Part shown: piece by piece, positions 47,354 to 57,574 of the stretch
How positions within the stretch are numbered: position 1 is the first letter of the stretch
Layout of the letters: every line of letters begins with the position of its first letter
Source: Alphaproteobacteria bacterium
GTDB lineage: Bacteria > Pseudomonadota > Alphaproteobacteria > SP197
Length of the DNA: 64,000 nt
Reading direction: 5' to 3'
Assembly: GCA_965200495.1 (NCBI GenBank)
Contig: CBDAUG010000002.1
Location: 198,623-262,622, forward strand
Notes under the pieces: generated by a model
Told to the model about the DNA's origin: nothing
What the model saw: the letters and a program-made list of their open reading frames with translations, nothing else
Database searches by the model: none
Made by a program: the position numbers and the translations under genes

Positions 47354-47528
47354 GCTGACCGATGGAGTTCCGCAGTATTTTTTCGGGCCGTGGCCCTGAC
47401 GGCATCGCGAAACGGGTCTTGCCTTGCAGGTGGCGGACTTGCAACCCATCTCAGTGAACAGGCAAAACCGGTCATGAGTGCCTGAGAGCGCTCGCTCCGC
47501 AGCATGAAGAGTGTTTCAGAGAAGATAG

Positions 47529-48533
<1,005 letters not shown>

Positions 48534-48592
48534 TGGACGAAAGACCCTGCTTCGTGTGATGTTCCGGCCACACTCCAGGAGGGTTGCGATTG

Positions 48593-49753
48593 ATGCCCGA
48601 CGGGCCACTCAATGACATCACGGTCATCGACCTGACCCGGGTCCTCGCCGGGCCCTACTGTACCATGATGCTGCATGATCTCGGCGCGCGGGTCATCAAG
48701 GTCGAGCAGCCGGGAACAGGTGATGATGCCCGGGAAATCGGGCCGTTCCTGGGAACGCTCTCGGGTTACTTTGCCTCGATCAACCGTGGCAAGGAGAGTA
48801 TCGCGCTCGACCTCGGGAACCCGCATGACCGCAAGGTATTCGAGCACCTTCTCGGATCCGCTGACGTCCTCGTTGAAAACTTCCGTCCCGGCGTCATGGA
48901 GCGTCTCGGCTATCCGTGGGCGACCCTGAAGGAACGGTATCCAGGCCTTGTCTATGCCGCGGTGTCCGGGTTCGGCCAGAACGGCCCCTACAGCAACAGA
49001 CCGGCATACGATCTGGTCGTTCAGGCCATGGGCGGAGTGATGAGTCTGACCGGACAGCCGGGGGGCGAACCGACGCGTGTCGGCACCTCGATCGGTGACA
49101 TCGCAGCGGCTCTCTTCACGACCATAGGCATTACCTCGGCCCTTCACCACAGGGCCCGGACCGGTGAAGGCATCATGATCGACGTAGCGATGCTCGATTG
49201 TCAGATCGCGATCCTCGAAAATGCAATCGTCCGCCACGCCGCCACCGGCGAAATCCCTGGCCCGCTTGGTACGCGCCACCCTTCGATCGTGCCGTTTGAC
49301 GCATTCAGGACGGGTCACGGTCACATCGTCATCGCGGCAGGCAATGACGACCTTTTCCAAAAACTCTGCCATGCACTCGAACTCCGGCACCTTGCCACCG
49401 ACAGCCGCTTTGCCACCAACGCCGCGCGAGCAGAGCATGTCGATGCCCTCAAGGAAAAGCTTGAAACGATCCTGATCAGCCGGCCAGGCGATCACTGGCT
49501 CGCGCTGCTCCAGGGCGCCGGCGTTCCCTGCGGTTCCATCAACACGGTCGCGGATGTCATGGCTGACCCACACGTTGCCTCACGCAACATGATCGTCACC
49601 GCCGAGGATGCCCAGGCCGGTGACATCAGGATGTCAGGCAACCCCATCAAGTTTTCGGCGTTCAAGGATTCTGCGCGACGCGGCAGCGCCCCGGGCCTTG
49701 ACGAGCATCGCCAATCCATTCTTCGGCAACTCCGCGTCAGGGACTCTGCGTGA
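48593..49753 (+). CDS. family III CoA-transferase (CaiB/BaiF)
   Basis: ITVIDLTRVLAGPYCTMMLHDLGARVIKVE. ATG 48593 lies 10 nt after AGGAGG. Confidence 0.9.
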   Translation: MPDGPLNDITVIDLTRVLAGPYCTMMLHDLGARVIKVEQPGTGDDAREIGPFLGTLSGYFASINRGKESIALDLGNPHDRKVFEHLLGSADVLVENFRPGVMERLGYPWATLKERYPGLVYAAVSGFGQNGPYSNRPAYDLVVQAMGGVMSLTGQPGGEPTRVGTSIGDIAAALFTTIGITSALHHRARTGEGIMIDVAMLDCQIAILENAIVRHAATGEIPGPLGTRHPSIVPFDAFRTGHGHIVIAAGNDDLFQKLCHALELRHLATDSRFATNAARAEHVDALKEKLETILISRPGDHWLALLQGAGVPCGSINTVADVMADPHVASRNMIVTAEDAQAGDIRMSGNPIKFSAFKDSARRGSAPGLDEHRQSILRQLRVRDSA

Positions 49754-52143
49754 TGCGGAGATTCATGCGCCTCATGGCCGGCGTTCTCATCATCATGGCG
49801 CTGTTGGCGCCGGTCGTCGGCGCTGGCCTCTACGTCTGGCTCAGAACCTCCCTTCCCGACATTGACGGCACGATCACGGTCGAAGGCGTTTCCGGCCCGG
49901 TCGACATCCTGCGTGATGAGTGGGGCATTCCCCATATCCACGCGGACTCGCCCGAGGATGCCTATTTCGGACTCGGCTTTGCCCACGCCCAGGACCGCTT
50001 TTTCCAGATGGAGATGCAGCGTCGCGGCGCTCAGGGACGGATCGCGGAGCTGCTGGGTTCCGTGGCTGTCGACAACGACCGGTTCCTGCGCCTGCTTGAC
50101 CTTTACCGGGCAGCGCGCTCGTCCCTTGTCGCCCTGTCTCCCGAAGCACGTACCGTCCTCGAGGCCTATTCGGACGGCGTCAACGCCTGGCTGGCCACAC
50201 GCTCGGGGCCCCCGGCGCCGGAACTGGCACTCCTGCTGGCCAACGAACCCGAGCCATGGCATCCCGCCGATTCCGTCTCCTGGCTGAAGGTCATGGCCCT
50301 CTTCCTGTCGGGAAACTGGCGCGAAGAAGCGCTGCACGCCGCGCTGGTGCAGCGACTGGGACCGGAGAAAGCCGCGAGTTTCTTTCCTCCCTCCCCCGAC
50401 AGCGACATCACCGTCATCGGTCGTGAGGAGGAAGTTGATTTCGCGGAGTTCGCGTCATTCTTCGCCCGTCTTCTCCCCGACACCGACAACGGCTCCAACA
50501 ACTGGGCGGTGAGCGGCGCGCACACCGTTTCGGGATCCCCCCTTACCGCCAACGATCCGCATCTCGGCTTTGCCATCCCCGCGGTGTGGTACCTCGCCCA
50601 CATGGTGGCGCCGGGGCTGAACGTTGCCGGCGCCACGATGCCCGGCCTGCCGCTGGTTCTTGTCGGCACCAACGGCGCCGTCGCCTGGACGCTCTCCAAC
50701 ACCGGACCCGACACCCAGGATCTCTTCATCGAACGTCGTGACCCCGAAAACCCGGATCGCTACATGACGCCTGACGGATCGCTGCCCTTTGCCGTGCGTG
50801 ATGAGACCATTGCCGTCAGATTTGCCAGAAATCAGCACCTCACGATGCTCGAAACCCGTCATGGTCCGGTCCTGACAGGAACGGTCCGTTCCCTTGAGAG
50901 CGACGCCGAGGCCGACGAAGTGCTTGCACTTGCCTGGACCATGCTGCATGACGATGACCAGAGCGTCAGTGCCGCACTTGCCCTTCACACGGCCGGGAAC
51001 TGGCCGTCCTTCGAGAGTGCTGCCGGCACCTTCGCCGGTCCGATGCAGAACATCATCTATGCCGACAGGGACGGATCCATCGGCATGCTGTCGCCAGGGT
51101 TCGTGCCGGTCCGCCGTTCCGGCGACGGCCGCCTCCCGGTCGACGGGAGTTCCGGCGAATCGGATTGGGGAGGACGTATCCCCTTCGACGAACTGCCTCG
51201 CCTGCACAATCCGCCCTCGGGCATCATCGCTGCGGCCAACAACCGCCCCGTCGGCGAGGACTACCCCTATTTTCTCGGCCACCGGTGGGAGCCTGAATGG
51301 CGGGCGCAGCGCATTCACAGGCTTCTGGCAGACGGAACACGTCACAGCCCTGTCAGCTTTTCGCGCATCCAGCTTGACACATGGTCGGGCCTCGCCTCGG
51401 CTCTCGTTCCCCATGCGCTGGCCGGCGAGCCGCAGACCACGGCCGGGCGCCTGTTGCAGATTCGCCTGGAAGACTGGGACCATTCCATGGATGCCGACCT
51501 TGTGGCGCCGACAATCTTTCATACGTGGTATCGCGCTCTCACACGGGCGATCTACGCGGACGAACTCGGCGATCTCTTCGCACGGGCATGGAGCGACCGG
51601 CCGCTGTTTGTCCTTGCAACACTCGGTGATGACGTCCACGGCTGGTGCAACGATACCCTGACCGGCGAGACCCTCACATGCGCCGAGATCTCGGGGCGCG
51701 CCCTCGACGAGGCGGCGGACACCCTTGCCAGGGTGCACGGCAGCGATCCGTCCCTCTGGGTCTGGGGCAAGGTCCACGCGATGCGCCTCAGCCACCCGCT
51801 CTTTGGTTTCATTCCCGGTCTCGACGCTCTGACCGATGTCGGTATCCCGCTGGGCGGTGACGGCTACAGCGTGACCGCGACGAGCCACCGTCACGCATCG
51901 ACAGATGAATCGTTCAACACCATTCACGGTCCGGTCCTGCGCGCCGTGATCGATCTCGACGACCCGGTGACAGGACACTTCATCACCATGCCCGGACAGT
52001 CGGGCAATCCCTTTTCGCCGTACTATGACAATCTCGTTGAACGCTGGCGCGCCAATCAGCCTGTGGCCATTGTTCCAGGCAGCAGAATCACTGATGCCGC
52101 CCACCACCTCGTTCTCACGCCCGCCAGGGCGACAACGCCTTGA
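49753..52143 (+). CDS. penicillin/AHL-acylase-family Ntn hydrolase
   Basis: N-terminal TM/signal, GIPHIHA..FGLGFAHAQDRFFQME, and the beta-chain nucleophile context NGSNNWAVSG. Start is ATG 49753 or GTG 49750, overlapping the CoA-transferase stop. Confidence 0.9.
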   Translation: MRRFMRLMAGVLIIMALLAPVVGAGLYVWLRTSLPDIDGTITVEGVSGPVDILRDEWGIPHIHADSPEDAYFGLGFAHAQDRFFQMEMQRRGAQGRIAELLGSVAVDNDRFLRLLDLYRAARSSLVALSPEARTVLEAYSDGVNAWLATRSGPPAPELALLLANEPEPWHPADSVSWLKVMALFLSGNWREEALHAALVQRLGPEKAASFFPPSPDSDITVIGREEEVDFAEFASFFARLLPDTDNGSNNWAVSGAHTVSGSPLTANDPHLGFAIPAVWYLAHMVAPGLNVAGATMPGLPLVLVGTNGAVAWTLSNTGPDTQDLFIERRDPENPDRYMTPDGSLPFAVRDETIAVRFARNQHLTMLETRHGPVLTGTVRSLESDAEADEVLALAWTMLHDDDQSVSAALALHTAGNWPSFESAAGTFAGPMQNIIYADRDGSIGMLSPGFVPVRRSGDGRLPVDGSSGESDWGGRIPFDELPRLHNPPSGIIAAANNRPVGEDYPYFLGHRWEPEWRAQRIHRLLADGTRHSPVSFSRIQLDTWSGLASALVPHALAGEPQTTAGRLLQIRLEDWDHSMDADLVAPTIFHTWYRALTRAIYADELGDLFARAWSDRPLFVLATLGDDVHGWCNDTLTGETLTCAEISGRALDEAADTLARVHGSDPSLWVWGKVHAMRLSHPLFGFIPGLDALTDVGIPLGGDGYSVTATSHRHASTDESFNTIHGPVLRAVIDLDDPVTGHFITMPGQSGNPFSPYYDNLVERWRANQPVAIVPGSRITDAAHHLVLTPARATTP

Positions 52144-52156
52144 AGGGAACCCGCCC

Positions 52157-53014
52157 GTGCAGACCTCCATCGTGAAGCGGGGTCAAGCCCCTCTTGTCAT
52201 CAGTTTCCCTCACGTCGGCACCTGGCTTCCCGCGGTCATCGCCGACCGGATGACACCGATCGCCCGGCATCTTCCTGACACCGACTGGCATGTCGACAGG
52301 CTCTACAGCGGCATCGAGGGTCTTGACGCAACCGTGGTGAGAGCCACCCATTCCCGTTATGTCGTTGACCTCAACCGGGCAACGGACGAACGGGTCCTCT
52401 ATCCGGGAGAGGACACCTCCGAACTGGTGCCTCTGACGACCTTCGACCATGAGGAAATCTATCTGCCCGGGCAGCGTCCCGACTCCGGGGAAATCGAGGA
52501 ACGCATCGCGTTTTACTGGAAGCCGTGGCACGAGACTCTCGCGGGCGAAATCGCGAGGCTTCGCGAGCACCATCGGCAGATCATCCTTCTCGATGGTCAC
52601 GCGATCCGCTCCGAGGTGCCGCGCCTCTTCGACGGCAGGCTGGCCGACTTCAATGTCGGAACGGCTGACGGCGTGGCGGCGCACCCGGAACTCCTTGAGC
52701 GTGTCGTGGCATCCTTGGGAGAGCAGAACGCGTTCAGCGTCGCCGTCAATGGCCGTTTCAAGGGTGGCTACATCACCCGCCACTACGGCAGACCGTCACA
52801 TGGTGTCCATGCCATTCAACTGGAACTCTCCCAGACAATCTACATGGAGGAGACGCTGCCCCTGCGCTGGCGTGACGACTCCGCGGGCCGCGTCGGCGAC
52901 ATCATCAGGCGATACGTGACGGCAGCCCTCGACTGGATCAACAGCGGGACTGGCGGCCATGGACCTCTTCAGGACCACTCAAGATCTGAAACGTCGGGTG
53001 TCAGCGAACGGTAG
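52157..53014 (+). CDS. N-formylglutamate amidohydrolase-family protein
   Basis: LVISFPHVGTWLP..HSRYVVDLNR..LLDGHAI..NGRFKGGYITRHYG. GTG 52157 lies just after the acylase stop. The tracked ORF starts inside the acylase gene. Confidence 0.8.
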   Translation: MQTSIVKRGQAPLVISFPHVGTWLPAVIADRMTPIARHLPDTDWHVDRLYSGIEGLDATVVRATHSRYVVDLNRATDERVLYPGEDTSELVPLTTFDHEEIYLPGQRPDSGEIEERIAFYWKPWHETLAGEIARLREHHRQIILLDGHAIRSEVPRLFDGRLADFNVGTADGVAAHPELLERVVASLGEQNAFSVAVNGRFKGGYITRHYGRPSHGVHAIQLELSQTIYMEETLPLRWRDDSAGRVGDIIRRYVTAALDWINSGTGGHGPLQDHSRSETSGVSER

Positions 53015-53493
53015 TGTCCCTGAAAGTAGAGCAGGGGATCGGCCGGATCGCCCAGCATCATCGAAAAGGCTTCGCCGACAAAGATGACATGATCGCCGCC
53101 ATCGTAGTGAAAACGGGTGTAGCATTCGAAGCGCGCCAGTGAACCCGGAAACATCGGACATCCTGTCACCCCGGTCTCGTAGGCAACACCCTTCCACTTG
53201 TCGACGGATGCCCGGGCGAAACGATCGGAGAGGGCGCGCTGGCCCGTCGACAGGATGTTGACGGCGAAGAAATCCGATGTCTCGAACTTGTTGAGACTGT
53301 GTGCTTCACGCGACAGGCTGAACAGCACCATGGGCGGATCAAGCGACACCGCGTTGAAGGAATTCGCCGTCACGCCGATGAGTTCGCCTTCGCGTGTCGA
53401 GGAGGTGATGATCGTCACACCGGTCGCAAACATGCCCAGCGCATCGCGCAGCTGGCGTTTGGTGAAGGACCGTTTGCGACTCATGCCATCCAC
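52969..53493 (-). CDS. flavin reductase-family protein (HpaC/RutF-like)
   Basis: FATGVTIITS..GVTANSFNAVSLDPP. Its 3' end overlaps the previous gene's 3' end by 46 nt. Confidence 0.85.
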   Translation of the reverse strand: MDGMSRKRSFTKRQLRDALGMFATGVTIITSSTREGELIGVTANSFNAVSLDPPMVLFSLSREAHSLNKFETSDFFAVNILSTGQRALSDRFARASVDKWKGVAYETGVTGCPMFPGSLARFECYTRFHYDGGDHVIFVGEAFSMMLGDPADPLLYFQGHYRSLTPDVSDLEWS

Positions 53494-53595
53494 CTGTGTC
53501 TCCTCCGCCGTTGTATCAGAAAGAGTCGTCTGCGGCCACAGGATGGAGCGTCACCGCTTTGCGCAGGTCGGGTTGACACGTCAAGCCGACGTTGG

Positions 53596-54486
53596 TCACG
53601 CCTGCGCCGCCTTGCGTTCCGTGACGAGGTACATCGCCACGCCCAGCAGGACGACCGCTGCCCAAACCCATGGCGAGTGGCTTTCCTGCCACACAACGAT
53701 CCCCCAGATCACGCCGGACACCATGTTGAGGTAACCGGCGAACGTCGCGAATATCGGGCCTGCTGCAGAAATCAGGTAGAGAAAGATCACGTACGAGGTG
53801 ACATTGATGATGGCAATGCCGCCCACAGCTGCGGACACGGCATCCCACCCGAGCGCAATGGCATCCACGGAACCGCCAAGCAACACAGCCGGCAGCAGCA
53901 CCAGAGCACTCGAGAGCAGCATGCCCGCCACCAGCATCATGGCATCGCCTTCGGGTGGTCGCCTGAGAGCAATGATAAGGCTTTCAATGGCATAGCACGT
54001 GGGAATGAACAACGAGATGAGGAGCCACGCCGTCAGGGACTCCAGCCCGAACCGAAGATCCGGCAGAACGATGAGAAGGACGGCGGCAAAACCCAGCGCG
54101 ATGCCACACAGGCGCCAGAAGCGGTGCGGTTCGAAACCGAGAACGCATGCGCCGAAGTAGGTCAGGATCGGTGCAAGCGCCATCACGATGGCGGTCATGC
54201 CGGCCCCGATCTCGGGCGAGGCCGCAAAAATGATGGCCGTCGGGACCGTCGTCCCGGTGAAGCCGCACACCGTGTAGAACCACAGGTGTCGCCATGACAG
54301 ATGAAATCTCCTGCCGCGCACAAGCGTGGCCGCCAGGAGCACAAGTCCGCCGATCAGGGCTTGCAGGAACGTCGCATGGAGCGTATCCGCCCCCTCGGTT
54401 GTGGCCAGTCGCGCCAGACTTGGCACCGCGCCCCAGGCAATACCCACAAAGATCAGGCAGCCTGTCAGCCACAACTGTCGATCCAT
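53596..54486 (-). CDS. DMT-superfamily (EamA-like) transporter
   Basis: 296 aa from ATG 54486, about 10 TM segments, with a duplicated EamA-type architecture. Confidence 0.85.
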   Translation of the reverse strand: MDRQLWLTGCLIFVGIAWGAVPSLARLATTEGADTLHATFLQALIGGLVLLAATLVRGRRFHLSWRHLWFYTVCGFTGTTVPTAIIFAASPEIGAGMTAIVMALAPILTYFGACVLGFEPHRFWRLCGIALGFAAVLLIVLPDLRFGLESLTAWLLISLFIPTCYAIESLIIALRRPPEGDAMMLVAGMLLSSALVLLPAVLLGGSVDAIALGWDAVSAAVGGIAIINVTSYVIFLYLISAAGPIFATFAGYLNMVSGVIWGIVVWQESHSPWVWAAVVLLGVAMYLVTERKAAQA

Positions 54487-54713
54487 GGTGATGCACTCTT
54501 CACTGCCGTTCCGTCGCCACACAGAGAGCTGAACTCTTGCCCCGCACATGACGCACTCTATCCCGGGAATCAGCGCCGACAACAGGGTCGATCCGAACAC
54601 CGGATCTGCGTCTCGCCGGCCACAAGCGCCGACCGGAGGTACCGGACGCATGCGGGGAAGGCTTCCCGATTTTCCGCATTGCGCCGCAACGGCGGACGTG
54701 ACAACAATTTTCC

Positions 54714-56222
54714 ATGAACCGGAGCGACAGGCGGGCGGCGCGGTCACGAAGGTCGAGCCGTCTCCCGGCCTGTGCGACCCGCAGAGACCAGGGCAGCCGG
54801 TTCTCGCCCCTCGACAGCGCGCCCCGCGACACGATCATCGACAGTGCCTTTTCGATTCTCGAACGGATCGGCATGGCTTCGGCCCCGGATTGGTTCATCC
54901 GCCTGGCTGTCGACGATGGCGCCGGAATGCGTGGCGACGGACGCATTGTCTTCCCCCGGGCACGTGTCGAGAAGGCCGTGGCGCGGGCAGCGAAGAACGT
55001 GGCCATACCGGGGTTTGTGGAGGATGTGGGGAGCGGTCTGGTGCACACCGGCACCGGTGGCGCTGCCATCGATGTGCTCGATGCCTCTACGGCAGCGTAT
55101 CGGGCCTCCACGCTGTGTGATCTCTTTTCCATCATGCGGGTCGTGGACGCGTGTCCCAACGTGCACGACGGCATTCGCCCCCTGGTGCCGCGGGACATCA
55201 CCGACACTCTCGAAACAGACATCAACACTGCCTTTGCCTGTCTCGCCGGGACGCGCAAACCCATCGGCACGTCGTTCTCCCATGCCGACCATGTCGCCCC
55301 GGTGGTCTCCATGTTCGACTGCGCGCTTGGAAGCGAAAGCAGCTTTCGGCAACGCCCCTTCTGCATGGCGGTTGTGGTGCATGCGGTCTCACCTCTTCGC
55401 TATGCACCCGACGGCATCGACATCATGGGCGCGGCCATGACCCGGGACATGCCGCTGCAGACATGTTCGGCGGGTCAGGCGGGCGCCACAAGCCCCGTCA
55501 CGCTGGCCGGCGCCCTTGCCCAGGGACTCGCCGAGACCCTTGCCGGCCTCATGGTGGTGGATCTCCTCAAGCCCGACTCCCCCGCCATCCATGCCTTCAT
55601 GCCGTTCATTTCCGATCTCAGAACCCGCACCATGAGTGGTGGAAGCGGCGAATCGGCCGTCGCGAATGCAGCAGCGGCCCAGCTTCTGCGCCATCTCGGT
55701 CTGCCGTCCACGGTTGCAGCCGGCATGACCGGCTCGAAGGAAGCGGATGCTCGGGCGGAGTATGAGAAGGCCTGCACCATTGCGCTGGCGGCGCACGCGG
55801 GAGCGGACATGATCAACCTGTCTGTCGGCATGCTGGGATCCATCACGGTGGCATCGCCGGAGGTCCTCGTGATCGATGACGACATGCTGGGCGCCATCCT
55901 GCGCTCGGTGCGCGGCATTGACGTCATGCCGGATGCCATCGATCTTGACGCCATGGAGCGTGTTGTCGGCGGCGATGGTCATGACCTTGGCGAGCCGCAG
56001 ACACTGGAACTGATGAAGAGCGAGTATGTCTACCCGTGCCTTGGTGACAGACGCAGTGTGCACGAGTGGGCCGAGTCCGCCGCTTTGCCCATCTGGGAAC
56101 GGGCGCGATCCCGGGTTGAGCGCATCATGGACGCCCCGACGCCAACCCATATCGAGGCAACAGCGGATCAGGCTATCCGTTCGCGCTTCCCCATCAGATT
56201 TCCGACACAGGGAGACGAGTGA
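54714..56222 (+). CDS. MttB-superfamily (trimethylamine methyltransferase-like) protein, non-pyrrolysine type
   Basis: 502 aa with no in-frame TAG. The N-terminal RR-rich leader followed by IIDSAFSILERIGM matches the family pattern, and a TIM-barrel-sized body follows. Confidence 0.85.
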   Translation: MNRSDRRAARSRRSSRLPACATRRDQGSRFSPLDSAPRDTIIDSAFSILERIGMASAPDWFIRLAVDDGAGMRGDGRIVFPRARVEKAVARAAKNVAIPGFVEDVGSGLVHTGTGGAAIDVLDASTAAYRASTLCDLFSIMRVVDACPNVHDGIRPLVPRDITDTLETDINTAFACLAGTRKPIGTSFSHADHVAPVVSMFDCALGSESSFRQRPFCMAVVVHAVSPLRYAPDGIDIMGAAMTRDMPLQTCSAGQAGATSPVTLAGALAQGLAETLAGLMVVDLLKPDSPAIHAFMPFISDLRTRTMSGGSGESAVANAAAAQLLRHLGLPSTVAAGMTGSKEADARAEYEKACTIALAAHAGADMINLSVGMLGSITVASPEVLVIDDDMLGAILRSVRGIDVMPDAIDLDAMERVVGGDGHDLGEPQTLELMKSEYVYPCLGDRRSVHEWAESAALPIWERARSRVERIMDAPTPTHIEATADQAIRSRFPIRFPTQGDE

Positions 56223-56660
56223 ATGAACGTTTACCGCAGCATCGTCATCGATGCCCCCATTGACAGGACATGGGCGGCTGTGAGGGAATTCGACAGTGTG
56301 GGCGCCTGGAATCCAGCCGTCTCGGCTGCCCGCATGGAGACAGGAACATCGACCGCAGTCGGCTCCGTGCGGCATCTCGACATCGTCGACGGCACCTTCT
56401 TTCGCGAAACCCTGCTGGCCCACTCCGATGTTGATCATTTCTACACCTACGACATCGTTGAGGGACCGTTGCCCTGCACCGGCTATCTCTCAACACACCG
56501 CTTCGTTCCCATTACCGAAGGCAACCGGACACTCGGCATCTGGGAAGGAACATTCGACTGTGCCAGGGAGGACGAAACGGGACTGGAATCGATTGTCGGC
56601 GATCGCATTTACCGCGACGGCATGAAGGGACTCGCCGCCTGGCTCATGGAGAACCGCTGA
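56223..56660 (+). CDS. SRPBCC (START/Bet v1-like) family protein
   Basis: 145 aa. The pattern MNVYRSIVIDAPIDRTWAAVREF..W is typical of polyketide_cyc2/SRPBCC. Its start directly abuts the mttB-like stop. Confidence 0.75.
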   Translation: MNVYRSIVIDAPIDRTWAAVREFDSVGAWNPAVSAARMETGTSTAVGSVRHLDIVDGTFFRETLLAHSDVDHFYTYDIVEGPLPCTGYLSTHRFVPITEGNRTLGIWEGTFDCAREDETGLESIVGDRIYRDGMKGLAAWLMENR

Positions 56661-57350
56661 ATGACCGGCACTCTGGGCTATCCGCGCGATCATCGGTGTG
56701 ATGACGCCGGCGATGAACACGGTCGTACAGCCGGAACTGGAATCCCTGCGTCCACCCGGCGTGACAAACCAGATGCAGCGATTCGCTCTGGGAGGGGAGC
56801 GGATTTCGGATGATCTCGACAGCCAGGCCGCGCGGTTGATGGACTGCAATCCGGCAGCCCTGGCGATCGGCCTCATCACGGATGCCGGGCCCGGCAGCGT
56901 GAAGAAACTCGAGGAGCGGTGCCGGGGTCCGGCGTCATCGCTCGGCATCCCGGTCTTCAACGCCTCATCCGCCTGCCACACGGCCCTGCGGCACATCGAT
57001 GCAGGAAGGATCGCCATCGTCACACCGTTCGACGCCACCACCAACGAGGTTGTCGCCGGCAATGCGACGCAGGCCGGCCTCACCGTGACGGACGTCACCG
57101 GCACCGACGCACCATCACTGCCGGAAATCTGCGCAACGTCGCCCGAGGATATCAAGACAGCCTTTCTCGCGGCTGCCGCCGGAGACTGAGACGCCATCCT
57201 GCGGGTGGGAACCGCGCTTCCCTGGAGATACTGACCGGCAAACCGATCATCGCGTGCAACGCGTCCCTCTCCTGGCAGAGCCTTCGGCATCTCGCGATCA
57301 CGGATCCGATCGACGGCTTCGGTCACCTTTGGCGGAACACGAGCGACGAT
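56661..57350 (+). pseudogene. decayed Asp/Glu racemase-superfamily (maleate isomerase / arylmalonate decarboxylase-like) gene
   Basis: Homology is spread over three frames. ATG 56661 gives MTGTLGYPR. A shift then gives AIIGVMTPAMNTVVQPE...AAAGD. An in-frame TGA at 57187-57189 is followed by DAILRVGTALPW. A -1 shift near 57222 gives LEILTGKPIIACNASLSWQSLRHLAI..GFGHLWR. Confidence 0.55.
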
Positions 57351-57574
57351 GCAGACCTCGGCCAGGGTCGTTGTCATCGGCGGTGGCGCCGTGCGGTGCA
57401 AAAAACCGTAACGGACCATGGCTTGGCCGAGGCGAAGGCGCCGGTTCATGGTGGCCGGCACGTGCTCGAGGGCCATGACCGGGGTCCCGCTGCGCGGCAT
57501 GTGGCCGGTTGTGTCGGTTCCTTGTGACGACGAGCCAGTGGCCACGACCGACACGCCGGTTGCGGGCGTGAGAG

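Noticed and set aside
57187-57189. In-frame TGA in the racemase-like gene as a selenocysteine codon.
   Set aside because: The position (GD-TGA-DAIL) is not a known catalytic residue. Additional frameshifts occur upstream and downstream, and no selenoprotein context is visible. A pseudogene is the simpler reading.
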